Positions 25,176 to 32,981 of a DNA stretch of 64,000 bases are shown here, in pieces. The stretch covers positions 76 through 64,075 of the forward strand of contig JACPDF010000030.1 of assembly GCA_016184145.1 (NCBI GenBank). Direction: 5' to 3'. The notes below the pieces were generated by a model that worked only from the letters and a program-made list of their open reading frames with translations, had not been told where the DNA came from and ran no database searches. The position numbers were made by a program, and so were the translations under genes. Position 1 is the first letter of the stretch; each line of letters begins with the position of its first letter. This stretch comes from Candidatus Woesearchaeota archaeon (lineage in GTDB: Archaea > Nanobdellota > Nanobdellia > Woesearchaeales > GW2011-AR4).

Positions 25176-25727
25176 CTACTTCTTCCACTTGATGCTGCAT
25201 CCCATAGAAGGCTGCTGCTCTAATGCAATCTTGCCGTTTTTTAGGAATTGCCCAATGGCTTCGTGCATCTCATGCTTATTTGCTTCTTCCTGGCCGTGGG
25301 TGTCATCCAATCGGCTATGAAATATTAGGTTAAAATTGCCGTCAAACAGGAATGGATCCGGAGTGCAGCTTGCTCCATAGTCTTTTGCGGTTTTTTGTGT
25401 TTCATCCCTTAGATAGATGAAGTTAATGCCCCTTTCTTTGGCAGTTTTCTTCATGCCTTCAAAATTGTCTTCCGGGACAAAATTCTCATCATTTGGGTTA
25501 ATGCCAACAACAACCACCCCTTTGTTTTTATAGTCGGATTGTATTCTTTTAAGCTCATTGATTTTTGGCTTTACATAGGGGCAATGGTTGCACATGAAAA
25601 CAACAAGCAATGCTTTTGCATTTTTAAAATTTGATAAAGAATATGTTTTATTATCTACACCGGGAAGCTTGAAATCCGGAGCATTCATTCCTTTTTTTAA
25701 TTTGCTTATTGATTCTACCAATGCCAT
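25176..25727 (-). CDS. thioredoxin-fold redoxin (AhpC/TSA-like thiol-disulfide oxidoreductase)
   Basis: ..LLVVFMCNHCPYVK.. has a CxxC in a redoxin context. Confidence 0.75.
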   Translation of the reverse strand: MALVESISKLKKGMNAPDFKLPGVDNKTYSLSNFKNAKALLVVFMCNHCPYVKPKINELKRIQSDYKNKGVVVVGINPNDENFVPEDNFEGMKKTAKERGINFIYLRDETQKTAKDYGASCTPDPFLFDGNFNLIFHSRLDDTHGQEEANKHEMHEAIGQFLKNGKIALEQQPSMGCSIKWKK

Positions 25728-25828
25728 TTTATCACCTTAATTCCGGGAAGCGCTTATTATATTTAAAAATAATGTTTTTTGCTGCAAAACGAAAGCAATT
25801 TATATTCAATTTAATTCCGTTAATAATC

Positions 25829-26143
25829 ATGATTATTGCAAACACAGATTATGTCGCTGGCAAAAAGATAAAGGAAACCCTCGGCATAGTGAGGGGCAGC
25901 ACAGTAAGGGCAAAGCACATAGGCAAGGATGTAATGGCTATGCTAAAGCAGATTGTAGGGGGAGAGATTACAGGATATACTCAAATGATAAATGAAGCCA
26001 GAGATGAAGCAGTAAAAAGAATGGTGGAAGAGGCAAAAAAGCTGAAAGCCGATGCAATTGTCAATGTAAGGTTTGCAACATCCGATATAATGCAGGGAGC
26101 TGCTGAAGTCATGGCTTACGGGACTGCTGTTAGGTTAAAATAA
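25829..26143 (+). CDS. YbjQ/UPF0145 family protein
   Basis: ..GIVRGSTVRAKHIGKDVMAMLKQIVGGEI.GYTQMINEARDEA...M.EEAKKLKADAIVNVRF.. is typical YbjQ. Start taken at the internal Met MIIANTD (25829). Confidence 0.8.
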   Translation: MIIANTDYVAGKKIKETLGIVRGSTVRAKHIGKDVMAMLKQIVGGEITGYTQMINEARDEAVKRMVEEAKKLKADAIVNVRFATSDIMQGAAEVMAYGTAVRLK

Positions 26144-26156
26144 TCATAGAGGAAAA

Positions 26157-26282
26157 TTAGTCTACTAAAGAATCAATAAGCTCTTTCTGCTGCCGGGACC
26201 AGACCTTGTCAGGATGGTTTCTGATGTATTTAGCCCAGTACCTGATCATCCATTCCCTGTCTTCCTTGTTCTTATTTTCCAT
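26157..26282 (-). CDS. hypothetical 41-aa protein
   Basis: MENKNKEDREWMIRYWAKYIRNHPDKVWSRQQKELIDSLVD. Its start overlaps the 3' end of the upstream NTase-fold gene by 11 nt. Confidence 0.3.
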   Translation of the reverse strand: MENKNKEDREWMIRYWAKYIRNHPDKVWSRQQKELIDSLVD

Positions 26283-26844
26283 ATTCCTTAATTAGGCTTT
26301 CATAGTATTTAATTTTTTCTTCAGAGACATGCCCTTTAAATACCTCTTTCAGGTGCAGAGCATCTTCTTTGTCCTTTTCGCTTCCAAGCACTATTAGCTT
26401 ATAAGGTATCTGAATCTCAATCGGGGATATGAACAAGGTTACACCTCTTATTTTTACCTTAGCTTTTTCCTTTAAGGTCTCTTTGTCTATCAAAGAATCA
26501 GCAAACTTAAGCTCGATATTTGGAATGACTTTTTTCTTTCTTGCAAACCTTATCGAGTGTTTTGTCTGCAACAGTTCAAAAAGTTCACTAATTTCTTCTT
26601 CATTAATGCACCAGAACTCTTTTGACAAATCCTTATAGAGCTTTTTGAAATTGCCTTCATCAATCTTTGGGATTAATATATCTATGTCTTCTGAAATGCG
26701 GCTCCTGCCAAAAAGTATGGCAACATACCCAGAAACCAGAACATAATCTGTATGCCTTTTAAGGACATTTACAAAGTCAATGACTAATTTATCGAGATTG
26801 TTTAATATTTTATCCAAGATAACAACTTTGCCTTTTATTTTCAT
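26272..26844 (-). CDS. nucleotidyltransferase-fold protein (AbiEii/DUF6036-like)
   Basis: SGYVAILFGRSRISEDIDILI matches G-x-x-A...R.S.DxD. I place the start at Met30 (26844) because codons 1-29 of the tracked ORF read through a tRNA-derived repeat. Confidence 0.55.
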   Translation of the reverse strand: MKIKGKVVILDKILNNLDKLVIDFVNVLKRHTDYVLVSGYVAILFGRSRISEDIDILIPKIDEGNFKKLYKDLSKEFWCINEEEISELFELLQTKHSIRFARKKKVIPNIELKFADSLIDKETLKEKAKVKIRGVTLFISPIEIQIPYKLIVLGSEKDKEDALHLKEVFKGHVSEEKIKYYESLIKEYGK

Positions 26845-26913
26845 GCAATAGGGGAGTTCTTTTTGCTTTATATATTCTTCCCCTAAATGTCCAGTGGTAA
26901 TTAATGAGCCTGC

Positions 26914-26934
26914 AGGGATTCGAAAATACATTTT
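26914..26934 (-). repeat. distal 21-bp copy of the tRNA-Arg 3' exon (candidate att site)
   Basis: ATGAGCCTGCAGGGATTCGAA is identical to 31162-31182, in the same orientation. Confidence 0.8.
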
Positions 26935-26984
26935 CTCATCTCAATTTGTTATGCAAGCAGATACTATCCATTTCCCCCAGTAAC

Positions 26985-26994
26985 CTTTATAAAT
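26985..26994 (+). promoter_or_regulatory. TATA-box-like element (CTTTATAAAT) 22-31 nt upstream of the MutS-like gene ATG
   Basis: Same motif and spacing as srp54. Confidence 0.45.
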
Positions 26995-27015
26995 TGACAC
27001 TACTACCAAATAACA

Positions 27016-28944
27016 ATGTTAGATGATAAGGTAAGAGCTATCGATTATGAAACTATTGCCATCCTCTTTAGAAACCAGCCATTACGAACCGGGAAATATT
27101 CTGAATGGTGTTTGAGTCCTCGGTATGAGAAAGAAAAAAGACCTGAAAGGATGTTGGTTGATTCTTTTTATGGGCCACTCCAAGAAAGATTATCTAATCT
27201 AATGCCCCCGCTAGAAAAAACAAAAAGGGAGATTAAAGTCAAAAGGGAATATCCATTTAAAGGGGAAAAAGTGATTCATATACCCATAAATAACTTTTTA
27301 ATGGCTTCGTATGGTATGATGGGCGGTAAAAGTCTCGAATATTTCCCTACAATTAGAAAAGACAAGGAAAGGGAAGTTATTATGCTTTATGAAGATTCTT
27401 GGGTGAAGCCTCTACCAAACATTAATGCAATTCAGAGAAGACAGCAAGAATTGCGGGAATTGGTAGAAGATAAACCATATGCAGATGGGATTGATGCTCT
27501 TGCTCAATCCTTGAATAACATACTCCTGCCTCACCTCCATCTTTCCTCACTTACAAAATTGCTGGTTTCAAATACCTTAGGCGCATCAAGGTCTATGCCT
27601 ATCCATAGAAAGGACCAAGATGCCTTTTACCAGGATTACCTACGTTTTTGCAGGGAGTTTGTCCGTTGGTATGATGAAGCGAAAGACATTTCTTCCTCTG
27701 TTCAGCCAACATCCCAAAATATGAAGGGAACTGTCAAAGGGATTTGTTCTATTTTAGCTGAAAGCCCTCTCGTTGCTTCCTATAAGACAGCTCGCAATCT
27801 TGTGGATGATGCTCCTGCTTCTTTTGGCAAATTACGTGAGAGGGTTATGGCGTGCACTTCAGGAAAACCATTAGTTACACAAGAGAAACTGGAGAAATTG
27901 ACTGAAATGGTTCGCAATGAAGCGAGGAAAGCGCGAGACTTTTATTTTGAACACCCACCTGAGTGGTTAAGAATATTTCAAGAAGACAAATCAAAAAAAG
28001 GAAGTGTGATGGCAACAGAAAAGGAATACATGGATTTCTATCTTTACAAAGAACAAATGAGGAGATTAGGTTATTTTTCCATAAAGTCAGGCTTAACCGT
28101 CCCATGGCCATTTGCCCAATCTGACAATGCAATCGTGACAATAAATCGCCTTGCAAATCACTTTACAGCAGCCCTCTCTCATGCTGAATATATTAGAAAT
28201 AAGGAAGGGTGGACAGTTCCCAATACTCTTCCAAAAAGATTAGGGGTTATAGATATTAAAAACGGGTGGTATCCTCTAACTCCGCTATACAAAGGAGAGA
28301 AGTTTGCCTATAATGACACCTACCTTAACGGCCAGCAAAGAGTGGAAATACTTGATGGCACCAATAGGGGCGGCAAAACAATTGATATGAGAAAAACCGC
28401 TTTTGCAGTTGTTTGCGCGCTTGCAGGAAATTATGTCCCGGCTGGAGAAGGAACAAGAATATCTTATTTTGATAATGTCTATATTCGTCTCAGAAGTGGT
28501 GGATTGAACGACCAAAGTGCTCTTGAGCAGGAGCTTAATTCTACACATAAACTCATTGAAAAAATAAAATCTGGCTCTGCAGCCCTGGTCTGCATTGATG
28601 AGCCTTGGTCTTCTACGAATGCAAAGGAAGGGGAAGGGCTGACATATGGGTTAGTGAGGCGAATATCGGAAATCAGGCAAATAGCGGAAATTCCGAGCGC
28701 GAGGGGAGTTTTCGCAATCCATTACCCTCAAATGAGGCAGCATACTTTAGGAATTGAAGGGGTTGCACATTCCCATTTCGAATATAGTGAGGAAAATGGA
28801 GAAGTCATAACAAATCACCAAAAGCTTCCTGGGCCAAATCCACAGCCAGGGTACGCTTTCGTGATAGCGCGCGCAGAAGGACTCCATCCACAGGTGTTAG
28901 CCCATGCAATGAGGCTTTACCAGGAGAAGCACCATGAAAAGTAG
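27016..28944 (+). CDS. MutS-core/domain V-like ABC ATPase, paralogue A (no mismatch-binding or Smr domain seen)
   Basis: C-terminus YNDTYLNGQQRVEILDGTNRGGKTIDMRK (Walker A-like), ..NYVPAGEG.., ..DQSALEQELNS.., ..LVCIDEPWSSTNAKEG (Walker B), ..FAIHYPQM. The order and spacing match MutS domain V. Confidence 0.7.
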   Translation: MLDDKVRAIDYETIAILFRNQPLRTGKYSEWCLSPRYEKEKRPERMLVDSFYGPLQERLSNLMPPLEKTKREIKVKREYPFKGEKVIHIPINNFLMASYGMMGGKSLEYFPTIRKDKEREVIMLYEDSWVKPLPNINAIQRRQQELRELVEDKPYADGIDALAQSLNNILLPHLHLSSLTKLLVSNTLGASRSMPIHRKDQDAFYQDYLRFCREFVRWYDEAKDISSSVQPTSQNMKGTVKGICSILAESPLVASYKTARNLVDDAPASFGKLRERVMACTSGKPLVTQEKLEKLTEMVRNEARKARDFYFEHPPEWLRIFQEDKSKKGSVMATEKEYMDFYLYKEQMRRLGYFSIKSGLTVPWPFAQSDNAIVTINRLANHFTAALSHAEYIRNKEGWTVPNTLPKRLGVIDIKNGWYPLTPLYKGEKFAYNDTYLNGQQRVEILDGTNRGGKTIDMRKTAFAVVCALAGNYVPAGEGTRISYFDNVYIRLRSGGLNDQSALEQELNSTHKLIEKIKSGSAALVCIDEPWSSTNAKEGEGLTYGLVRRISEIRQIAEIPSARGVFAIHYPQMRQHTLGIEGVAHSHFEYSEENGEVITNHQKLPGPNPQPGYAFVIARAEGLHPQVLAHAMRLYQEKHHEK

Positions 28945-30556
28945 TGTTCTTGATGAGGAAACAAGAAAAATTTTTACCTATGATGACGAATTAGAAAGAT
29001 GGGACCGTCTCTGGAGGAAGATTGATGGCCTCATTAATTTTGGGGTGCCAAATGTTCCGTCCTTGGATGATTTGCTCTTAAGCCCCAAAACTGACATAAA
29101 TGAAATAAATGGCCAATTGGATGCAGTGGAATATTTAATCAGGAATCCGGATTTCTTAAAGCAATTTAAAAGAATTGATGAAGATACTCATGCTGCTATT
29201 GGCGGGTTCTTTTTTTCTGAGTCTCCAAGACTGGTAAGAAAAGGATGGGAGAACTATCTGGCCAACTCACCAAAAGATAAGCAATTAGCCGAATTATTAA
29301 GATATTTGGAGCGAGAAACAAAAGACCATTGGGAGCAGGCAATTGAGGGAATAAAAAATGCAATAGGATTTTTCAATCTGGCGCAAAAGCTTCCAAGAAA
29401 ATTAGAAATTAAAAAACATACTCCAAAAAAAATTGAAAGCATATGTGCGGAATATGATAAGTTAATTTCATCCCCACAGGTTACTGAAGCATTAGATTAT
29501 GCTTCAAGAGCAGTTGGTCATTTTGAAACCATTCAACAAAAATACTCATCAGATAAACAAAAAGAAAAGTATGCGCATGTCATTGATTTGAGGCGAAAAA
29601 AAGTAGATAACCCTAATTTGAGATTGAAAGATTATGATAAACATATAGAAAAACTAAGGAGAAGCCAAGAACGTTCTAGGGATTATGAAATTAGACTTGT
29701 AAAGCGATTAATTTCTGAGCTTGGCGATTTGATTAAAACGGAAGATGCCAACAGAAACTTAGAAATCCTTACTGGGATGAAAAAACAGTGGAATTTAACC
29801 GAGCTGTTCACCTATATGGAATTAGCAGCAGTTGCCTACAGAAACAATTGGACTCGCCCTGAGATTGCTCCAAGGGAAGAAAATTGCCTCATCATAAGGA
29901 ATGGTGTGTTTTACCCCCGTCAGAGAAGAAGGCATGATTATACACCTAATGACACTTACTTGAATTTGTATCTGGCCAATACTCATCGTGTCGAAATTCT
30001 TGAGGGAGTTAATATGGGCGGTAAAACTATGGATATGAAAAAGGCCCTCTATATTGCTACATTGGCATTGTCTGGCAGCTTTGTCCCAGCAACATATGCA
30101 TGTGTTTCTGCCAGAGACAGGATTATCCTCAGAGGCAAGGGAGATGGCCAGGATCGCTCAGCCTTCGTACAGGATGTTGCAAGAGTAAACGAAATTGTGC
30201 CTCCTGCTGGGCAATATTGGCTGGCCGCATTAGACGAGCCATTTACTTCTACAGAAGCTGATGGAGGGATGTATCTTACGGCAGGTGTTGCAATAACTGT
30301 CGCTGGACAAGGAAATTCATTGTTGATTCTCTCCAGCCATTATCCCAGCTTAAAAGAATTATTAGATGGTGATTCTACAGTTAAATTCAATCATTTCCCT
30401 TTTACTATGGAAGGAAAAAAAGTGACGTTTCCGCATAAAAAACAAGAAGGAGGGTTAAAAGATTATGCGTATGCTATCGCAGTTGCCAGGTCTCGCGGGT
30501 TTGATGAAACAACCTTGCAATACGCAAGTGAGTATCTCCAAAATCAGAAAAAATGA
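28934..30556 (+). CDS. MutS-core/domain V-like ABC ATPase, paralogue B
   Basis: PNDTYLNLYLANTHRVEILEGVNMGGKTMDMKK, ..SFVPATYA.., ..DRSAFVQDVAR.., ..LAALDEPFTSTEADGG, ..LSSHYPSL. Its start overlaps the stop of paralogue A by 11 nt (ATGAAAAGTAG). Confidence 0.7.
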   Translation: MKSSVLDEETRKIFTYDDELERWDRLWRKIDGLINFGVPNVPSLDDLLLSPKTDINEINGQLDAVEYLIRNPDFLKQFKRIDEDTHAAIGGFFFSESPRLVRKGWENYLANSPKDKQLAELLRYLERETKDHWEQAIEGIKNAIGFFNLAQKLPRKLEIKKHTPKKIESICAEYDKLISSPQVTEALDYASRAVGHFETIQQKYSSDKQKEKYAHVIDLRRKKVDNPNLRLKDYDKHIEKLRRSQERSRDYEIRLVKRLISELGDLIKTEDANRNLEILTGMKKQWNLTELFTYMELAAVAYRNNWTRPEIAPREENCLIIRNGVFYPRQRRRHDYTPNDTYLNLYLANTHRVEILEGVNMGGKTMDMKKALYIATLALSGSFVPATYACVSARDRIILRGKGDGQDRSAFVQDVARVNEIVPPAGQYWLAALDEPFTSTEADGGMYLTAGVAITVAGQGNSLLILSSHYPSLKELLDGDSTVKFNHFPFTMEGKKVTFPHKKQEGGLKDYAYAIAVARSRGFDETTLQYASEYLQNQKK

Positions 30557-30665
30557 GTCATCTCCTATAGAAGTGCACTTTCTGATCCTCTTCCCCGGAT
30601 ATGGGAGAAAGGTAAAATGAGCCCGAGGGGACTTCCAAATCCTGACCAAAAAGTCCGGGATATTT

Positions 30666-30695
30666 GAATTTTCCGGCCGAAAATTCGCAATTTTC
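30666..30695. repeat. overlapping short hairpins related to the GAAAAT(T)C family
   Basis: GAATTTTC-CGGCC-GAAAATTC (30666-30686) and GAAAATT-CGC-AATTTTC (30679-30695), nested in GTCCGG...CCGGAC (30652-30707). Confidence 0.5.
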
Positions 30696-30754
30696 AAGCA
30701 TCCGGACTCACCCATTCCTAGAATAAGTTTTATATATAAAAATAGTGTTTTGGA

Positions 30755-31093
30755 TTACGCTTGATTGTATAGCATATTATGGACTAGATACTCAACATTT
30801 CTTAAGACATCAATAGAAGTTGGGCGATAACCGTCAGGATTTTCAAAGCCTTCCTTTCCATAATTCCAACAAACAGAGAGAGGGACATCCGATTTAAATA
30901 CGAGGGCTTTGTGTTCTCCTCTAATGTCAATTATCCTACCAGCTGACCTTTCCCTTACCAGATACTCAATGAGTTTCTCTATTCCGGAAAATTCCTCATG
31001 GTGAAGCTCAAAGCTGCTGCCTGCAGGCCTCTGATGCATTACGCCCCATTCCTTCTTTGGTTTTGATGTCATGTATAGAATTATTGTTGGCAT
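30755..31093 (-). CDS. hypothetical protein (orphan; islet cargo)
   Basis: 112-aa ORF with no recognisable motif. It lies between the MutS-like pair and tRNA-Arg. Confidence 0.45.
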   Translation of the reverse strand: MPTIILYMTSKPKKEWGVMHQRPAGSSFELHHEEFSGIEKLIEYLVRERSAGRIIDIRGEHKALVFKSDVPLSVCWNYGKEGFENPDGYRPTSIDVLRNVEYLVHNMLYNQA

Positions 31094-31161
31094 ATTTTTT
31101 AGTGGAGGATTGTTATTTATAAATTTAGCTCTTTTTTAGTGATAACTAAACAAGTAAGATG

Positions 31162-31182
31162 ATGAGCCTGCAGGGATTCGAA
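31162..31182 (-). repeat. proximal 21-bp repeat, equal to the 3' exon of tRNA-Arg
   Basis: Identical to 26914-26934. It covers TTCGAATCCCTGCAGGCTCA plus 1 nt, which is exactly the part downstream of the 53/54 intron. Confidence 0.8.
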
Positions 31183-31298
31183 GTTCAGTACTGCAAAAAT
31201 AAACTTGCAATATCCCTGATCAATCGGTCCCTGCAAGCAACGCTTGCTCGCGTCACCCACCGAAGCCGACCGCACTATCCTGGTTATGCTACAGGCCC
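31163..31298 (-). tRNA. tRNA-Arg(UCG) with two 31-nt introns (37/38 and 53/54)
   Basis: Acceptor GGGCCTG/CAGGCTC with A73. D arm GCAT/GTGC. Anticodon stem GTCGG/CCGAT with loop CTTCGG..A. T arm CAGGG..TTCGAAT-CCCTG. The 53/54 intron (31183-31213) has a perfect BHB (TCAG/CTGA with bulges GGA and ACT). The anticodon intron (31229-31259) has a 3-of-4-bp central helix. Confidence 0.8.
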
Positions 31299-31322
31299 AT
31301 TAGGAAAATTATTATCACTTTC

Positions 31323-31330
31323 TTTATAAA
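31323..31330 (-). promoter_or_regulatory. TATA-box-like element (TTTATAAA) 25-32 nt upstream of tRNA-Arg
   Basis: CTTTATAAATA at 31322-31332. Confidence 0.45.
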
Positions 31331-31423
31331 TATTATTCAAATGCCGCAAGATAAAAACAATTAAAAACCGGCAATACTTTCAATACAATAATTAATAATA
31401 AAAAAATAATAAAAAATTAGAAG

Positions 31424-32569
31424 ATGAATGAAGGAAAACTATCCAAAGAAGAGCAAATAAGGTATTCGAGGCATTTAGCGCTTCCAGAAATAGGCATTGA
31501 GGGGCAGAAAAAGCTGAAGAAAGCTAAAGTGCTGATTGTAGGAGCTGGCGGCTTAGGAAGCCCTGCTGCTGTTTATTTGGCTGCTGCCGGTGTCGGAAAA
31601 ATAGGCATTGTTGATTATGACAAAGTTGACCTGTCTAATCTGCAAAGGCAAATTCTTTATTCATTAGGGGACATTGGAAAAAGCAAAACAGCAATAATAA
31701 AAAATCAATTGAAAAAAATTAATCCAAATGCAAAAATAATAACCCATGATAAAAAATTAACTTCAAATAATGTCATGGAAATAATAAAAGATTATAATGT
31801 AATAATTGACGGCTCTGATAATTTTCCAACCAGGTATTTAGTCAATGATGCATGCGTTTTGCTAAATAAACCAGATGTTTATGGCTCTGTTTACAGGTTT
31901 GACGGACAAGTTTCGGTTTTTAATTATGAAAACGGGCCTTGTTATAGGTGTTTGTTTCCTAGTCCGCCGCCTGCAAATTTGGTTCCAAATTGCGCGGAAG
32001 CCGGTGTTTTGGGGGTATTGCCCGGAGTTATAGGAATGATACAGGCAACTGAAGCGATAAAAATAATCCTGGGGAAAGGAGAAACCTTATCCGGAAGGTT
32101 GTTGGTTTATAATGCTTTGAGCATGAAATTCAGGGAGCTAAATTTGAAGAAAAACAAAAATTGCCCCGTTTGCTCAGAGAATGCAGCAATCAAGGAGCTG
32201 ATAGATTATGATGAATTCTGCAACGGAAAAAAAGAAGATAAAAATGAAATTACAGTTCATGAATTAAAGCAAATGATTAACAACAAGGAAGATTTTGTCT
32301 TGGTAGATACAAGGGAAAAGGCTGAGCAGGATATGTGCAAAATAGAGAATGCAAAATTAGCCTCTTTTTCGGAAATTGCCAGAGGGAATCTAAAAATTTT
32401 TGATAATATCGGCAAAAACAAAAAAATTGTCTTATACTGCCATACCGGCAACAGGAGCGCATTTGTTATGCATATGCTAAAGAAAAAAGGCTATAAGAAT
32501 GTAAAGAATCTTGTTGGCGGCATAGATGCTTGGGCAAAGGAGATAGACCAACAAGTGCCAATATATTAG
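31424..32569 (+). CDS. MoeB/ThiF/UbaA-type E1-like adenylyltransferase with C-terminal rhodanese domain
   Basis: GAGGLGSP nucleotide loop, CYRC...CPVC zinc motifs, and a rhodanese active-site loop YCHTGNRS. Confidence 0.9.
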   Translation: MNEGKLSKEEQIRYSRHLALPEIGIEGQKKLKKAKVLIVGAGGLGSPAAVYLAAAGVGKIGIVDYDKVDLSNLQRQILYSLGDIGKSKTAIIKNQLKKINPNAKIITHDKKLTSNNVMEIIKDYNVIIDGSDNFPTRYLVNDACVLLNKPDVYGSVYRFDGQVSVFNYENGPCYRCLFPSPPPANLVPNCAEAGVLGVLPGVIGMIQATEAIKIILGKGETLSGRLLVYNALSMKFRELNLKKNKNCPVCSENAAIKELIDYDEFCNGKKEDKNEITVHELKQMINNKEDFVLVDTREKAEQDMCKIENAKLASFSEIARGNLKIFDNIGKNKKIVLYCHTGNRSAFVMHMLKKKGYKNVKNLVGGIDAWAKEIDQQVPIY

Positions 32570-32604
32570 AATCAAAAGAAAAATAAAATTTTTTATTTAC
32601 TTTT

Positions 32605-32919
32605 TTACTGGTTTCTCCCCAATGTTATCTCAATTGTTGAGACTCTTATATCCCTGCCTTCGTTGTTCTTGAAGCCTTCGCTGTCTATCTTTATGTCCTT
32701 GACACCCACAGTGTTGTCCAGGAACCTTTTTGCTGCAACTTCCGCCACATCAACAGCCCTGCTTATGAACTTGCCTCTTGCCTTAACAATCACTTCATCC
32801 GCATTCTTTGTCGTAAACTGCATCACTACTCCTGTGACATAGTTCATAAAAGGCTTTCCACCAATAAAAACGCTGTTGTCCCTTGAAGCCATCCCTTCTT
32901 CCATATTACCACCTTCCAT
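32605..32919 (-). CDS. albA: DNA/RNA-binding protein Alba
   Basis: ..VFIGGKPFMNYVTGVVMQF....DEVIVKARGKFISRAVDVAEV...RF.. is canonical Alba. Start placed at an internal Met; the tracked ORF extends to 32973. Confidence 0.9.
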   Translation of the reverse strand: MEGGNMEEGMASRDNSVFIGGKPFMNYVTGVVMQFTTKNADEVIVKARGKFISRAVDVAEVAAKRFLDNTVGVKDIKIDSEGFKNNEGRDIRVSTIEITLGRNQ

Positions 32920-32981
32920 TTCTTGATTAATGTTTTCGCTTTGCTGTAGAACCAATATTCCATTTATAAACATTTCTCTTC

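Larger units (their letters stand above)
26914..31182. mobile_element. putative integrated islet at tRNA-Arg (no integrase seen)
   Basis: Bounded by 21-bp direct repeats, one of which is the 3' end of an intact tRNA-Arg. The cargo is two MutS-like ATPase genes and one orphan gene. Confidence 0.55.

Noticed and set aside
26845-26931. N-terminal 29 codons of ORF 26272-26931 (MYFRIPAGSLITTGHLGEEYIKQKELPYC).
   Set aside because: These codons read through the 21-bp tRNA-Arg-derived repeat, and the NTase-fold homology begins after Met30. I treat the extension as an artefact of the repeat.
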